Below, in pieces: positions 1 to 12,432 of a stretch of 64,000 bases of DNA. The number at the start of each line of letters is the position of its first letter. The stretch's first letter is position 1. Origin of the DNA: Fistulifera solaris. Its lineage: Eukaryota. Under the pieces are notes generated by a model. The model saw only the letters and a list, made by a program, of their open reading frames with translations. It did not search any database and had not been told where the DNA came from. Location: assembly GCA_030295235.1 (NCBI GenBank), contig AP026169.1, positions 248,001 to 312,000 on the forward strand, given 5' to 3'. A program made the translations under genes and the position numbers.

Positions 1-2
1 AC

Positions 3-1373
3 ATGCAGTTTTCAGCTTCCGCCAAAAACAACGGCCCGCATATTCCTGACTTTAGTAAAGTTAATGCTACGAAGTCTCCAACAGAATATCTCTCTCCTCG
101 TAGCAGCTCATCAGCAAAGGTTGAGTTTGTTGACGAAAGTCCTGCGGGGAGTGTCACAACCAACGAAAACCTGGAGGAGGTTCAATCGCAAGTGGAACCC
201 CCAACTAACTATGTTGCTCCGGTCGACCGCTCCGATCCAAGCTGGGGCAGATTCCTTTGCGCCATCATGTGCATCTTCGTCATGGGTATTTCACTATTAA
301 TTGGTTTGATAATTGTTCCCGGTGGATCAGGTGGAAACTTTAAGATGGTGGTTCCAAGTGTCTCGACTTCTTCCACGCGATGCTTTCATGATAATCCAAA
401 GCCTGTTGAAGAATCTGATGAGGAACCTGTGGTTCCAATAATCGTGGAACGCTGCAAGGGAGTACCATTATCGTCTTGGTTGAGCTGTCCGGAGGGAGCA
501 ATATGTTCGCAAGGACTTTTACGGCAATGTGCCCATCCAAAGTACTACGATGTAAGCCCTGGGCATGATGAGTGTATACTGAGCATATCCACACAGAAAA
601 CGATTTCCGACGTTGTGAGTTGGATGGAGCTAGCATCGGTGGTTCATGCGTGTCAACCTGGAGGTAATCCGTATGCCCTTGACAGAGATGGCGCAGGATA
701 TCCCTCTTTTGGCCTATCTCAAGTGTTGGGCGAGTTGGATATCGAATGGGATCCTGTGCTTATTCGAATTTTGAAAGATCTTGAAGGCGTGATCAAGCTT
801 GAGCTGCAGCCCGACAACAACTATACAGTCGCGCTGGACGAAAATCATATCGTTGTCCTACCTCGAAAGTGCCGGATCAAAAAGGTACTTGTCGGAGTTA
901 TGAATGGTACTCTAGGAGCATTTTGGGGTGTCGTTCGCATGCTCTTGGGCTGGTTCCTGCAAGTAAGTTCCATTTACATGGAGTTACTGTTTGAGATTCC
1001 GGCACAAACATTGGCGTTCTCTATCGTTTTACCAGTTGTCGGATGGCTTGTCGTATCGTACCTGCAAACTCGCCGCCGCGAGGCGATCGAGACGAGCTTG
1101 CTGAACAATGACCGGGTATTTGTCCGTCAAGAAGTGTACAAGGTGCTCCGCAGTGAACCCAACAAGAATCACATTGTCTTGCAAGTACGAGATCAGATTT
1201 TGTACGACCCCAATCTCAGTTATCACTCCGACTCGAAAGCCCGTAACCGCGTCATAAAAAAAGTTTGGAGTAAAGTGGTAGCCGATCTACAGAAAGACAA
1301 CCGCATCGTGAAAGCCCGAATCAACACGAATAAGGGTGTATGTGACTCGTGGAAGTGGGGTAGCGACCTTTGA
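3..1373 (+). CDS. Man1/Src1-type inner nuclear membrane protein (MSC domain); N-terminus may lie outside the window
   Basis: TM segment (FLCAIMCIFVMGISLLIGLIIV), Cys-containing lumenal region (CPEGAIC...C), second hydrophobic region, then a winged-helix-like C-terminus VLQVRDQIL...KVWSKVVADLQKDNRI...WKW typical of MAN1/Src1. Confidence 0.7.
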   Translation: MQFSASAKNNGPHIPDFSKVNATKSPTEYLSPRSSSSAKVEFVDESPAGSVTTNENLEEVQSQVEPPTNYVAPVDRSDPSWGRFLCAIMCIFVMGISLLIGLIIVPGGSGGNFKMVVPSVSTSSTRCFHDNPKPVEESDEEPVVPIIVERCKGVPLSSWLSCPEGAICSQGLLRQCAHPKYYDVSPGHDECILSISTQKTISDVVSWMELASVVHACQPGGNPYALDRDGAGYPSFGLSQVLGELDIEWDPVLIRILKDLEGVIKLELQPDNNYTVALDENHIVVLPRKCRIKKVLVGVMNGTLGAFWGVVRMLLGWFLQVSSIYMELLFEIPAQTLAFSIVLPVVGWLVVSYLQTRRREAIETSLLNNDRVFVRQEVYKVLRSEPNKNHIVLQVRDQILYDPNLSYHSDSKARNRVIKKVWSKVVADLQKDNRIVKARINTNKGVCDSWKWGSDL

Positions 1374-1712
1374 GACACATTATGGAAAGATTCTTTTTAC
1401 AAGTTATTTATCTAATAGATGATATGCTTATGAGAGATAAAGCTTCTGGCACATATTTTTTAGTCTCGCGTGGTTGTCCTGCGTGGAGTGACGTGTGACG
1501 TAAGCTGCTGACCGGTACGACGCAAAGAAGATCGAAGGACAGACGGTGGACACGTACGTGTTTTTTGCTTCCTTTCCTGTTTTCTCGATGATGTCGTGCG
1601 TGATGTCGGTAGCGGAAAGCAAAAATGGTCGACGACAACAACGGCTACGGAACGATCTATCATTGATAAACATCACAAATCAGCGAGACCGAACTGCATC
1701 TTTACCTTTATC

Positions 1713-1740
1713 AATAATAATAATCATAATAATAATAATA
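1713..1740 (+). repeat. (AAT)n microsatellite just upstream of the LPD start codon
   Basis: aataataataatcataataataataata read directly from the sequence. Confidence 0.85.
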
Positions 1741-1746
1741 ACAAAA

Positions 1747-3568
1747 ATGAGAATTCTTGTTACCAGCGTCATTGCCTTGGCTTCATCCGCGGCCGCCTTC
1801 TCGCCCATCATTACCAGCCGCTCTTTTCCGGCCACCACTTTGGAGGCTTCCAAATGTGGCCAGTACGACTTTGATGTGGCCATCATCGGCTGCGGTGTCG
1901 GTGGTCACGGAGCGGCCCTGCATGCGCGTGCACAAGGCTTGGAGACGGCCGTCTTCTCCGGAGCGGATATTGGCGGTACTTGCGTGAACCGAGGTTGTGT
2001 CCCCAGCAAGGCCTTGTTGGCGGCCTCGGGACGGGTCCGGGAAATGAAAAACGACGAACATTTGAAAAGTCTCGGAATTACCGTAGAAGGTGAAGTTAAG
2101 TATGATCGACAGGGAATTGCGGATCATGCCACGAATTTGGCGAATCGCGTCAAGGGGAACTTGGAAGCGAGTTTGGTCGGACTCGGTGTGCAAGTCATCG
2201 AAGGGCGAGGATCGTTGACAGGAAACGCTCACGAAGTCAAAGATGAAGCTACCGGAAAAATTTACACGTTCAAGGTGAGTATTTGGCGTGAAACAATATG
2301 CGCTTGAAAGATGAAAACGAGAACGGTTTCTACCATCATTTGTTGAAGGTGCAAAAAATCACTCACAAGTTTTTCTGTTCCTTCTTAGGATATCATTTTG
2401 GCACCCGGCAGCGTTCCGTTTGTACCCCCAGGTATCACCGTCGATGAAAAGACTGTCTTTACTTCCGACGGTGCCTTGAAACTGCCCTACGTTCCCGAAT
2501 GGGTGGCGATTGTCGGATCCGGCTACATTGGATTGGAGTTTTCGGATGTTTACACGGCACTGGGGAGTGAAGTCACCTTCATTGAAGCCATGGATAACAT
2601 CATGCCAACCTTTGATCGCGAAATCGCCAAGATGGCCGAACGTCTTCTCATCCGTGATCGTCCCATTGATTACAGAACATCGGTCTTTGCGGCAGAGGTC
2701 ATTCCCGGTATTCCGGGAGAAAAGCCCGTCACCATCAAAATGATTGACGCCAAGACCAAAGAGCACGTCGAAACAATTGAGGTAGATGCTGCCATGATCG
2801 CCACAGGACGTGTCCCCAACACCAAAAACATGGGATTGGAAAAGCGTGGCATTACCGTCAACCGAGGATTTGTGGCGGTCAACGAAAAGATGGAAGTTTT
2901 GACCAGTCATGATGAAGGTGCCACCGTGATCCCCAACCTGTACTGCATTGGAGACGCCAACGGTAAAATGATGTTGGCTCACGCCGCCTCGGCTCAAGGT
3001 ATTTCTGCGGTTGAGAATATTGTCGGACGTGAACACGTTGTCAATCACGAGGCCATGTAAGTGGTGGTGTCATGAAAGAGAAGATTGTTCTAATACACTC
3101 ACATTGGCGTTTCTTCCTTAGTCCTGCTGCTTGCTTTACACACCCCGAAATCGCCATGGTCGGACCAACGGAAGAACAGTGCATCGAACGAGCCAAGGCC
3201 GAGGGCTGGACTTTGGGAAAAAGTCAGGGAAATTTCCGTGCCAACTCCAAAGCACTCGCTGAAGGAGAGGGACAAGGTATTGCCAAAGTTTTGTTCAACA
3301 AAGATACCGGAAAAGTTGTGGCAGTTCACATTATCGGATTGCACGCCGCTGATTTGATTCAAGAATGCGCAAATGCTGTGGCCGCCGGAACGACTGTTCA
3401 AGAGTTGAGCATGATGGTGGTACGTGTAAAGTGACTAATGATGCAGCACAGCTGTTTGTGAAATCAATCTCTCACCATATTTTTTTCTTTGTTTAGCACA
3501 CCCACCCCACACTTTCCGAGGTTATGGACGAAGCATTCAAAGGAGCCGTCGGTATGTCTTCCCATTAA
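1747..3568 (+). CDS. LPD: Plastid dihydrolipoamide dehydrogenase (pyruvate dehydrogenase E3), 4 exons
   Basis: Signal peptide ending SAAA-FSP; GCGVGG FAD motif; redox [22 protein letters not shown]-terminal [12 protein letters not shown] introns at 2275-2388, 3057-3121 and 3420-3496 restore the frame. Confidence 0.95.
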
Positions 3569-3685
3569 AAGGCTTCAGTGTTTTAACTTCATTAACTTAG
3601 ATAATTTTTCAAATTAAGCTTGTAGAATGCACAAAGCTCGAACATGTAGACGCACCACAACGCCTTCACCTCTCCGGCATCCTGT

Positions 3686-5373
3686 TTATGCAAGATCCTC
3701 TGGAGAAAATAGTAGCTGAATGATATCGTTCATGAGAACTATTACCATATTGGGAATACAGTCGTTCACACCGTAACTGATGATCACTTCACTTTGATTG
3801 TGAGCAGCGTATGTCATCCCACTCACAAAATGCACCCTCGGGCAGTTGTATCGTAGGCTACCGATCTGTAAATCGGAGCGACTCAATCCGCTGTATAGAG
3901 TGTCATTTGTGTTTGGAAAACCAAAGCAAAAATTCCCAGTGCGGGCAACAGACCTGTAAGGTGCACCTCGCTGAAAAGCGTAGAAAGTCGAGAAGTAGTG
4001 ATTCGACACAATCCCATTTTTCGACATGGCTTGCCCGTCGCTTTTCTTAAATACTGTTTTGCGATGAGCGATTCCTAGAAGAAGTGGCATTCCATTGTGT
4101 TCAAAGTGAAGACAACAGGCTCCTCCCCCTTTCATAGGTGTACGGAGGTAAATTGGTGAGACCGCGTCGGACGAATTCGAGCTCATCCGTCGTCCCGAAG
4201 GAGGGGAACGGCAGGCGGTTGTCATCTTGAATCAAAAATTCGGATTGCTGGTCTCTGGGCTTTTTTAATACAAGGGGAATTCAGATCCACAACTTCCTTT
4301 GCGCCCATGGGCTCTAATTCCAGTACAGTTCTATTCTGCGCATCGACAAAATAATTCAAATTTTTTCCGCGACTTTGTGTTCTGCCATCCCCTGTGCACG
4401 AAGCCATTTCTCGAATCGCAACTGTAAAGTCCGACTGACCCTGGCGAATGGAACGTAAATATGTCACTTTCTCGGATGCGGGAGTTATGATCCAAAGAGG
4501 ATGTATGCTAGCAAAGCTACTGATGAACAATTGATCATGGAGTACCGAGACTCGTACATCTTCCATTTTATAAATGACATCCTTGGTATCCACCACCGTC
4601 TCGGCTACTATATTCAGCTCTTTATCCAAGAGTGCTATACCCAAATACTCGACACTCTTCTTTGGTCGATTTTCCCAACTGCCACCCAGCATTTGTAGCG
4701 CTATTTCTGAATCATCAAAGCAAGCGTGGGCGCTACTAACTCGGTATGTTGCTATGTAAATTGCATTCGGATGGTTGAAAGGTACCTGCGATACGGGCAG
4801 TATGGCGATGCTTGGGTTGAACTCAAATAAAAATGGTTTTGCTGGAGCCTCATTCCTTAACCTTGAGGTATATGCTGTAATGTTAGAAACAGCCTCCGTA
4901 GGTAGTCTCCAGTCACTCGGAATCGAATATAAAATATGTGTTCGAGAGGAAAGGACCTTGGGTGCAACTTTATCAATATCCCAGTAGCGATGACTGCAGC
5001 CAATAAAGTTGGGATCACAGAAAGAACAATAATTAGGCTTTTGTTTCGCCACCCACCGAGCTGCATCCAACAGGGTCGTATTTTCCTTTCTCTGTCTTCG
5101 CTTCATCAAGAAATAGCAAGTGAAATGCTCCAGAGTGCCCCCCGAGAGAACGTAGCGGCAGTTATTACAGAGACCATCCGTTTGAAAGCGCCATGAGGCA
5201 TCACGATGGCTAACTCGACTCTCTCGAATAGCACTTGGTTTTCGATCTATTTCCCGAACAACGTAAGGCATCTGGGTGAGTCGGTGATGCGACCAGAAAA
5301 ACATCACCACAGAGACAACGAGAACAACGAATGTAGCGCTGTTCAAACATCCTCTACCGTGGATGCTGATCAT
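3686..5373 (-). CDS. Type II membrane protein with a putative beta-propeller glycan-active domain (GH130/beta-mannosyltransferase-like); interrupted by indels near 4260 and 4135
   Basis: N-terminal TM anchor; motifs FNPSI, EDVRV, KNLNYF and ISYGVNDC resemble the NPS / EDPR / KNW / YG.ND motifs of five-bladed propeller GH130/BMT-like proteins. A third-frame bridge (LPFPSFGTTDELEFV...YTYERG) joins the two ORFs. Confidence 0.5.
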
Positions 5374-5674
5374 CGCAAAGAAACCATTCGCTAATGTTTT
5401 CTGTTATTTTTATTGTCCAACCATTAACCACTCACAGCTGTTTTCAAGAACTCATTGCCATAGCTCTCTGCAGCAAAAAAATGAAAGTGGGTCACAGTCA
5501 CAATACCTGGTACCGGGTACCTGTGGTCCGTATTGGTACACTTTTTGGGCTGTCACTCGTGACTCACTTCTCCCCCAGTATTTTCCGCCGAAGTACCTCG
5601 TACCTCGTACCTGGTAGTACGGTACTGAAACGATAAGTAATGGGTACTGGTTATGACATGAGAAGAGTGCGAAA

Positions 5675-6006
5675 TAGACCTCTGTCCGTTCCCAGTTCAC
5701 TCCAACAGGGAGGGAGTGAACAGGGATTTTGATCGAACAAGGAGTGAACTGGGAGCATTCCCTGTTCGCATTAATGAGTCCCGTTTACGAAATATGGTAG
5801 TCAGTCCCTAATCCTTAACGCTTTAGATTAGAGATTTTCTGTTGATTTACCGCGCAAACAAAGGAATAAAGGTCTCTGATTGCCGGTCAGACGTCCACCC
5901 ACTCATTCCCTGTTAAACAGGGAATTGGGAAAATGAACGAGGAAGGGAATTGAACTGGGATCCCAGTTGGGAATTCCCTGTTAAACGGAGAACGGACAGA
6001 GGTCTA
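5675..6006. mobile_element. Non-autonomous hAT-type DNA transposon (MITE), 332 bp
   Basis: Perfect 17-bp TIRs TAGACCTCTGTCCGTTC (5675-5691) and GAACGGACAGAGGTCTA (5990-6006); 8-bp direct flanks GTGCGAAA (5667-5674, 6007-6014); repeated internal motifs (AACAGGGA/TCCCTGTT, GAACTGGGA/TCCCAGTT). Confidence 0.9.
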
Positions 6007-6136
6007 GTGCGAAATTATTTGAGAAACAAGAAAATGCGCAGGTGTTGGAATGAAATTTTCGCATTGCTTCTATTGACAATGATGAGAACGTTCATGACAT
6101 CCACAGCTCCTCCTTTACATCACAACGAACCTCAAA

Positions 6137-7221
6137 ATGTCTCTTCAAAACCATGTTTTCTTCCGCTGCAATCGCTGCAGTAAGCCCATGACGGCAACGC
6201 TATTTGTGTGCTCTTGCGACTGCATTTTTTGCGAAGGTACGTTTCGACTCGTCATTGCTGATCTGCCCTAAATACATAGCTAAAGCCCCGCCATACTGTC
6301 AAACTTCGATTCGTTTATCTTAGAATGTACTTACGAGCATTTCGGATCGAATGAAACGTGTCCCTCCTGTAATAAGACATTGGACCAGAACGATTTCCTC
6401 GAGCTGGTCATTTCCGAGCCCACCGCAGCGTCGCAGCAAACTACGAAAACCATGTTTCAAACTCTTTTCACCAAAGTAACACCAGGGACCGAGGCAGTGA
6501 TCTGCAGAGACAACGTGTCTCGCGGACTACGAGTGCTAGACGATGGTCGTCGAGCGATGCGCTTTCTGTTTAACCAGTTTCTGAAAGAGACAAACACATT
6601 ACGACGTGATCTAGCGGAAGCGAATAGCAAAGTGGGTCAAATGGCTACACAAGTTCAACTTCTTCAGAGTAGATTGAACGAGCGCGACAGCGAAGTCGCT
6701 CGTCTGCGACACATTGCCGCATCCGCGAGTCCCCTACCCCGTCTTCGTCTCACAGTGCCAGTTCGGGCGGAGGGCGCCGCGGCCGATACACTCCCGTCAT
6801 TGAAATCGCGAGCGCCCGCGGCTCCATTCCACCTCCACTGCAAGGTTTTATGCAAAATCACGATTCGAGAGGAAAAGAGAACAATATTTACGTACCCGGG
6901 AAAGAGCATTCACAGAATACGATGATTCCAGCTAGACGAACTACTCACACGCCAACAATCGGAGTGACGCCTATTCAGACCCAGCGGCCTTTGTCATCGA
7001 TTTCGGTCAACCAAAACATGCATCGTCAGTCTCAGCGAACAGTCGCACCAGATATTTCCGTCGGTCGACCACAATCACTAAACGCTCATGCGTTTTCTTC
7101 TTCTTCGGGGTATCGCTTTTCCTCTGGAGTAGGAAATCAGAGGCAGGCTCCTTCTCTTCAAGGAAACCGTAGCATGTCCTTTCCAGGAAGTCAACAAGGA
7201 GGCGTCCTTGGAAGACGCTAA
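6137..7221 (+). CDS. HEI10: RING-finger plus coiled-coil protein, HEI10/CCNB1IP1-like (meiotic crossover E3 ligase family)
   Basis: Exon 1 MSLQNHVFFRCNRCSKP...CSCDCIFCE, intron 6237-6323, then CTYEHF...CPSCNKTL, RAMRFLFNQFLKE, a coiled coil and an S/Q/P-rich tail. The tail appears interrupted by an indel. Confidence 0.6.
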
Positions 7222-7348
7222 GTGCTTACTTTCGCTTGACTTTTGTGGAATCAAATCCGTTGCGGCCGAATATGGTGAAACGCACTTTTACTAGGAATAT
7301 TGTTGGCAAACAACACCATTTTACTAAAATTACACACATAAACTAGCG

Positions 7349-8873
7349 CTACGGATCCATTACAAAAATGTCGTGACCTTTCGCGTCGCCCAGATCCAGC
7401 GCCATGAGGGACTCGGACAAATCGGATAAAATAGAACCAGGCAAGGATGCTGGCAATGAATGAACCGAGTCGTTATCTCTCGGTAAGAAACTTTGATCGC
7501 ACGAATCAGACGTTCTAGTTCTGCTACGCCCCGAACCATAACTTCGACTGCGTTTCCCTTGTGACTTCGACAAGTTACGCCCGCGAGTTTCTGTTGTAGT
7601 TTCCTGAAAGTAACTCATAAGCAATGCTTCTTGAACACTATCCGGACTTCCTGGTACAATCGCATTTTGTAAATCACCTTCCGAGCCGTCAGGATTCGAT
7701 AGCCGAGGACCAAAAGAGATCAAATTCTTGACGTTCCACAGATGCTGCGGAGACCGCTCGGGAGTCTGGGACTCCTGCTGCTGCTCCTGATTCGACCGCC
7801 ACGGCGACTCAAAGGAAGTCGGAGGAACATTAGGATGAGACCAGTCGGAAAGGCTCGACAAGCCAGATATCAATGACGGTTCCGCGGGTTGCATCTCTGC
7901 TGGCCGCACATCATTCTGTGCAGGATGAAAACGACGTCCGAAAGCCTCCTCTGCAACATCATTCATGGCGGCCGCTGCTGCAGTCGATACGCCATTAGCC
8001 TGCAATGTTCCTGATCCCCTTCCTCGAAACATGTTGCGAATACTTTTCTTCAAGGATGAACTACTTTTGCTCGTTAGCGCTTCTTTTTTTACTGGAACGG
8101 GTGCAGGAAACGAGAAATCCGATCCACTCTTCGTTGTATACGTCAAGGGCTCGAACGGAACTGATGACGCCGCCTCGGCTGCTTCCATGCTTCGTGTTGT
8201 GTTGATCACCCGCTTGGCTCCGCGACTAGATATGGCAACGATACGTTGCGGTTGCACCGATGGGTAAGCCTTGGTTGGGCCTATTTCGGATTCGGGCTTT
8301 TTTTACTAGTGGGTTGTTCTCGCCTTTTAGGCATTCTTTTAAACTGCTTTCTTTGCTTTTAGCGTCGTCAACAGCCTTTTGCTTGGCAAGTATAGCATCT
8401 TCTCGTAACGCTTGCCCCACCTTTTTGATGGCCTTCTCATCTCCGATATCATACCAAGAACCATCCGGATCTTCTTTTAAAAATCTCCCTGGCGGATCCA
8501 TACTACGTATAAAATAGACTATTTCGGCAGCAATATGCGCCTTCTCTAGTTTCTTGGTAGAATGAGCGCGATAATCGTCTCTTCGTTTAGCGACAATTTC
8601 ACGAAATTGCACATTCCCGACATGCGCATTAATCCGACCTCCTCGGCCCGAAATGACATCGTTTTTGTTGAGTCTGGTGACAGGTCCCATGTAACGAGGC
8701 GGAATGACAGCCAGAGGCCTCCTATGATGATTCATGGATGGAGGCGGAGGGGGTACATGTCCACCAAAGACCACCGAAGCAAACGCGCCAGCCGTCAAAC
8801 GGCGCTGTCGTTTGCGGTCTTGATCCACATAGAGTGATTTGTGAGGAAAAAATGCATTCTGTGGGTAACTCAT
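7349..8873 (-). CDS. DUF6824-domain protein, paralog 1 (frameshift near 8260)
   Basis: NDVISGRGGRINAHVGNVQFR...PPGRFLK...W.DIGD..AIKKVGQALRE; the downstream ORF carries C-terminal motifs shared with paralogs 2 and 3. Confidence 0.85.
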
Positions 8874-9731
8874 GGTTTGTTTTTATTGTTGTTGCTGAAT
8901 GAATCGAAAGTCAAGCAACAATGTTGTTGCCATGCAATTCAACCAGGAGGGCCGCGAAGGCACTTGTGTGCGTGTAGTTCTGCCATGTTTTGGCGTACAA
9001 ATACCGTACTAGAGGGACGCCGTAGAAGCTACGCCGGCCTCCAACCACGAGCCAAAGCGGAAGTCTTTTTCGACTTCCGAAAGCCATTCGCATGTTCGGG
9101 TGGTCGTGCCGTCACCTCACTGGAAGAAGGATTCCGTTCATAGAAGTATCAAAGATACGGTACAAGTACCGGTACTAAACTGAGGAGGAGTCGTCGTCGC
9201 AACGTCACAAACCGCCCGCGCCTTCTTTGCTACGTTTAGAGCCGAAGTTCGGGCCCCGTAGCATAGAGCTGAAGCAAACCCCCACTCTCACATGACCTCT
9301 ACTATACGTATTAAACCAGCACTGAGAAGGACAAACGACAAATCACCTTTTTTAAATCTAAGTTTTACTCCGTAATTAATTAGTCATGAACTCTCTAGGA
9401 AGAGCATTGCAAAGAGTGAACATTCCTAGTTATTCCCAACTCTAAGAGAGATGATGATGGAAGTAAAATTTCAAATTCGTGTCGTACCAATAGTCGTAGA
9501 TACGAAACGGCAGAACGCAACGGACAACGGAGTAATTTTCACCTCTCACTGGGTCACGCGTCACGCGTCCAAAACACGCACTACACTCCGACCCCGCCGT
9601 ATGCGAAAACAGCATAGCGCATAGCGATGATAATTCTTACAAAAAATATGCATGTTCCTTTCAATTCATCATCATTGCATTTCCTTCGAATTATTTGAAT
9701 AACAGTTCCATATTGTATATTATACAAAGTC

Positions 9732-11307
9732 ATGGTAAGTTAATGAAATCTCGAATGACTTGCTGTTAAAGGAGGACCGAAAAACGGAGAATGAATGCAG
9801 AGAGCTTACACTTTATCGGACGACTGAATTGCCGATGTGTATTTCTTTGTGCCAAGCCTGTTTCCGTTCTTGTTCCTCGTTCATTATACTCGTATTCATT
9901 CTTTTCTCTCACACACACCCATTATCTTGATTGACAGGACCGTCAACGCCAGAAACGACAGACGGCCAGTACGCTAGTGCAAAAGCTATGGGGAAAGACG
10001 AAAAGAAAACATCCACCGCCCAACCTCGACCCGAGGTTGTGATTCCTCCGAAAGGAATCGGTCCGGTATCGATGCAAGAAATAAATGAAAATGATGTCCT
10101 CGCTGGTAGGGGTGGACGAATCAATGCGCACATTGGGAATGTCCAATTCCGTGACATGGTGGCGGCACGGAAAAAGGAATATTTGGCCAAGTCGACCAGA
10201 AAGTTGGACAAGGCACACATTGCCGCCGAAGTGGTGCGGATCATCCGTAACATGACACCCCCGGGAAGATTTCTAAAAGCCGATCCAGACGGGTTGTGGT
10301 ACGATATCGGTGATCAGAAAGCCTTCAAAAAAGTAGGACAGGCGCTTCGAGAAGATGCACCGGATGTACGAGATTCTGATGAGGACGATGACATCCAAAA
10401 CAGTTATGAGCCGTTTGTCCAGTCAAGTAATACCATCACCCCGAAAGCCGTGATACAATTACCATCGGAGCGTCCGATGCAAGACGACGCGGCTTTTCAT
10501 ACACTTCCTTTGTTGACCGAAAGCACGCGACAACCGACTCCAACGACCACTGGATTCCGTTCGACACCGCCCATTGCGAAAGCCTTTGGTGACTTGCTTC
10601 CGTACGCGGCGGGGACATCAGGGGCGGCGGCCGCCGCGATGCAAGATGCTGATTTGGCCCGAAGACCCGACGAAGCGTTTGGACGTCCCTTTCATCATGC
10701 CGACAAGGACACGTCCTTCATTTCGGGGTTTTCAGCCAGTGACATGGTATCGGATATGTCGGCTTTGACGGACCCCATGTCGACACTTTCAGCTCGCATG
10801 GGGCATCAGCGGCCCGCTATCAGGCAATCGAACAATACGGCTACCTCGTTCTCGTCCACTTTCACAGGGACACGGCCATTTTTATCCGCATCGGTGGCGG
10901 GTTTGAATCGGAGTAATTCGTGGAGTAGTCTATTCGAAAACAATTCTTTGCGGGGTGGAGGGATCCGGGATAGTTCTCAATTGGCGGGAAGTGGTATTTC
11001 GGGAATGCAGTCGGTGCCTATGAGCGACGCGGACCAACGACGTGCCCAACGAAATGAGATACATCAATTTTATCAACAGCAGCAGTTTTCTTCTCAGCAG
11101 CATGAGTTGCAACAACAAATGGCCCCTCCACCACCCCAACCAATATCTTCCTACTATCAACAATCTTCACATCATGGCGCTTTACCGACCGACATGTCGG
11201 TCGCTAGTATGTCCATGAACTCGGTTGCTTCTATTCCAGCATCCATCATGTCGGGGTTGTCTGATACATTACAAGCGCTTGACTTGGCGGAGCCAAGAAT
11301 ACCATGA
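9732..11307 (+). CDS. DUF6824-domain protein, paralog 2 (probable ATG micro-exon, intron 9735-9937, indel near 10020)
   Basis: NDVLAGRGGRINAHIGNVQFR...KKVGQALREDAP; S/Q-rich tail. ATG|gtaagt...ttgacag|GAC gives MDRQRQKRQTAS, which resembles the paralog 1 N-terminus. Confidence 0.85.
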
Positions 11308-11383
11308 TGCTGACACATAATTACACTAATTTAACTTTTGAGATTTGTTTCTGTTCATCGATCGGAGTACATGCGTGCAGGTC

Positions 11384-12432
11384 TCATAACAATGAATCGA
11401 TTGGAAGAGGTTCGCTAATATCCATCACAGTAAATGTCTCTGAAAGATCGGACAAGATCGATGCAGGGAACGACACCGATCCGGAATTGACAGACATGCT
11501 TGCCACACTGCTGGGAGCTCGAAACGATGCTCTGCTCATGTATTCTGCCGAGTATGTATGTTGTCGGTACGGCTGTTGTCGTTGATCGAGAATCGAACAT
11601 GTCAGATGACTGGACAGTCCTGAAATGAGAGAAGCATCCTTTGTTGTAGAGATTTCCATGTCATCAAGACTTGGAGGCGGATAAAAGACGCGACCGAACG
11701 CTATTTCTCCCGAGCCCTCGAGAGCAGCCGTGGCGGCTGCGCTTCTACATTTTTCGGTACCGCCAAGCTGCTCCATTTTGGTTGAGTAAGATGCAATTGC
11801 AGTACGTTCCTCGCGGAGAGAAGGACGACGAATGGTCACCACAATCGGCTGACATGATTCAGGAGTAAAGCGTTCCTGCTTCACTGCCTCTTTTTTTATG
11901 CTGTTGGCACGATTTGTCGTCTGACTTTTTGCTGTTCGACTCCATCTCTTCCCGCACATCGGGCGCGTCTTCACGCAAGGCCTGTCCGACCTTTTTGATG
12001 GCTTTGTGGTCACCAATTTCGAACCAGGAACCATCCGGATCTTCCTTCAAAAACCTTCCGGGAGGGTTCATATGTCGAATATGCTGAACGATACTGGCAG
12101 CAATGTGCGCTTTCTCGAATTTCTTTGTGGATTTGGCAATGTAGTCTGCCTTGTGCATGGCCACCAATTTTCGGAATCGAACGTTTCCAATGTGCGAATT
12201 GATACGTCCACCTCGTCCCGCGAGAACATCATTCTCCGATGGATGATAAATGGGGCCTATACTTCTGGGATGCACCGTGATTTCCAGGTCGGGGAGGACC
12301 GGAAGGCGATTTCTTCTTCGAAAACATAGACTGCATCATCATGGGTCTTTTTCCGTAATAAGGATAGTAGTTAGGAGGCATGGCTTGAAAGAAATGAGCG
12401 TTCGATTCTGGATACCATGCGTAGTAGTTCAT
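11384..12432 (-). CDS. DUF6824-domain protein, paralog 3 (indels near 12286 and 11930)
   Basis: NDVLAGRGGRINSHIGNVRFR...KKVGQALREDAP; tail motifs AFGRVF, SLISGLS and PASILSDLSE. The start position is less certain. Confidence 0.8.
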
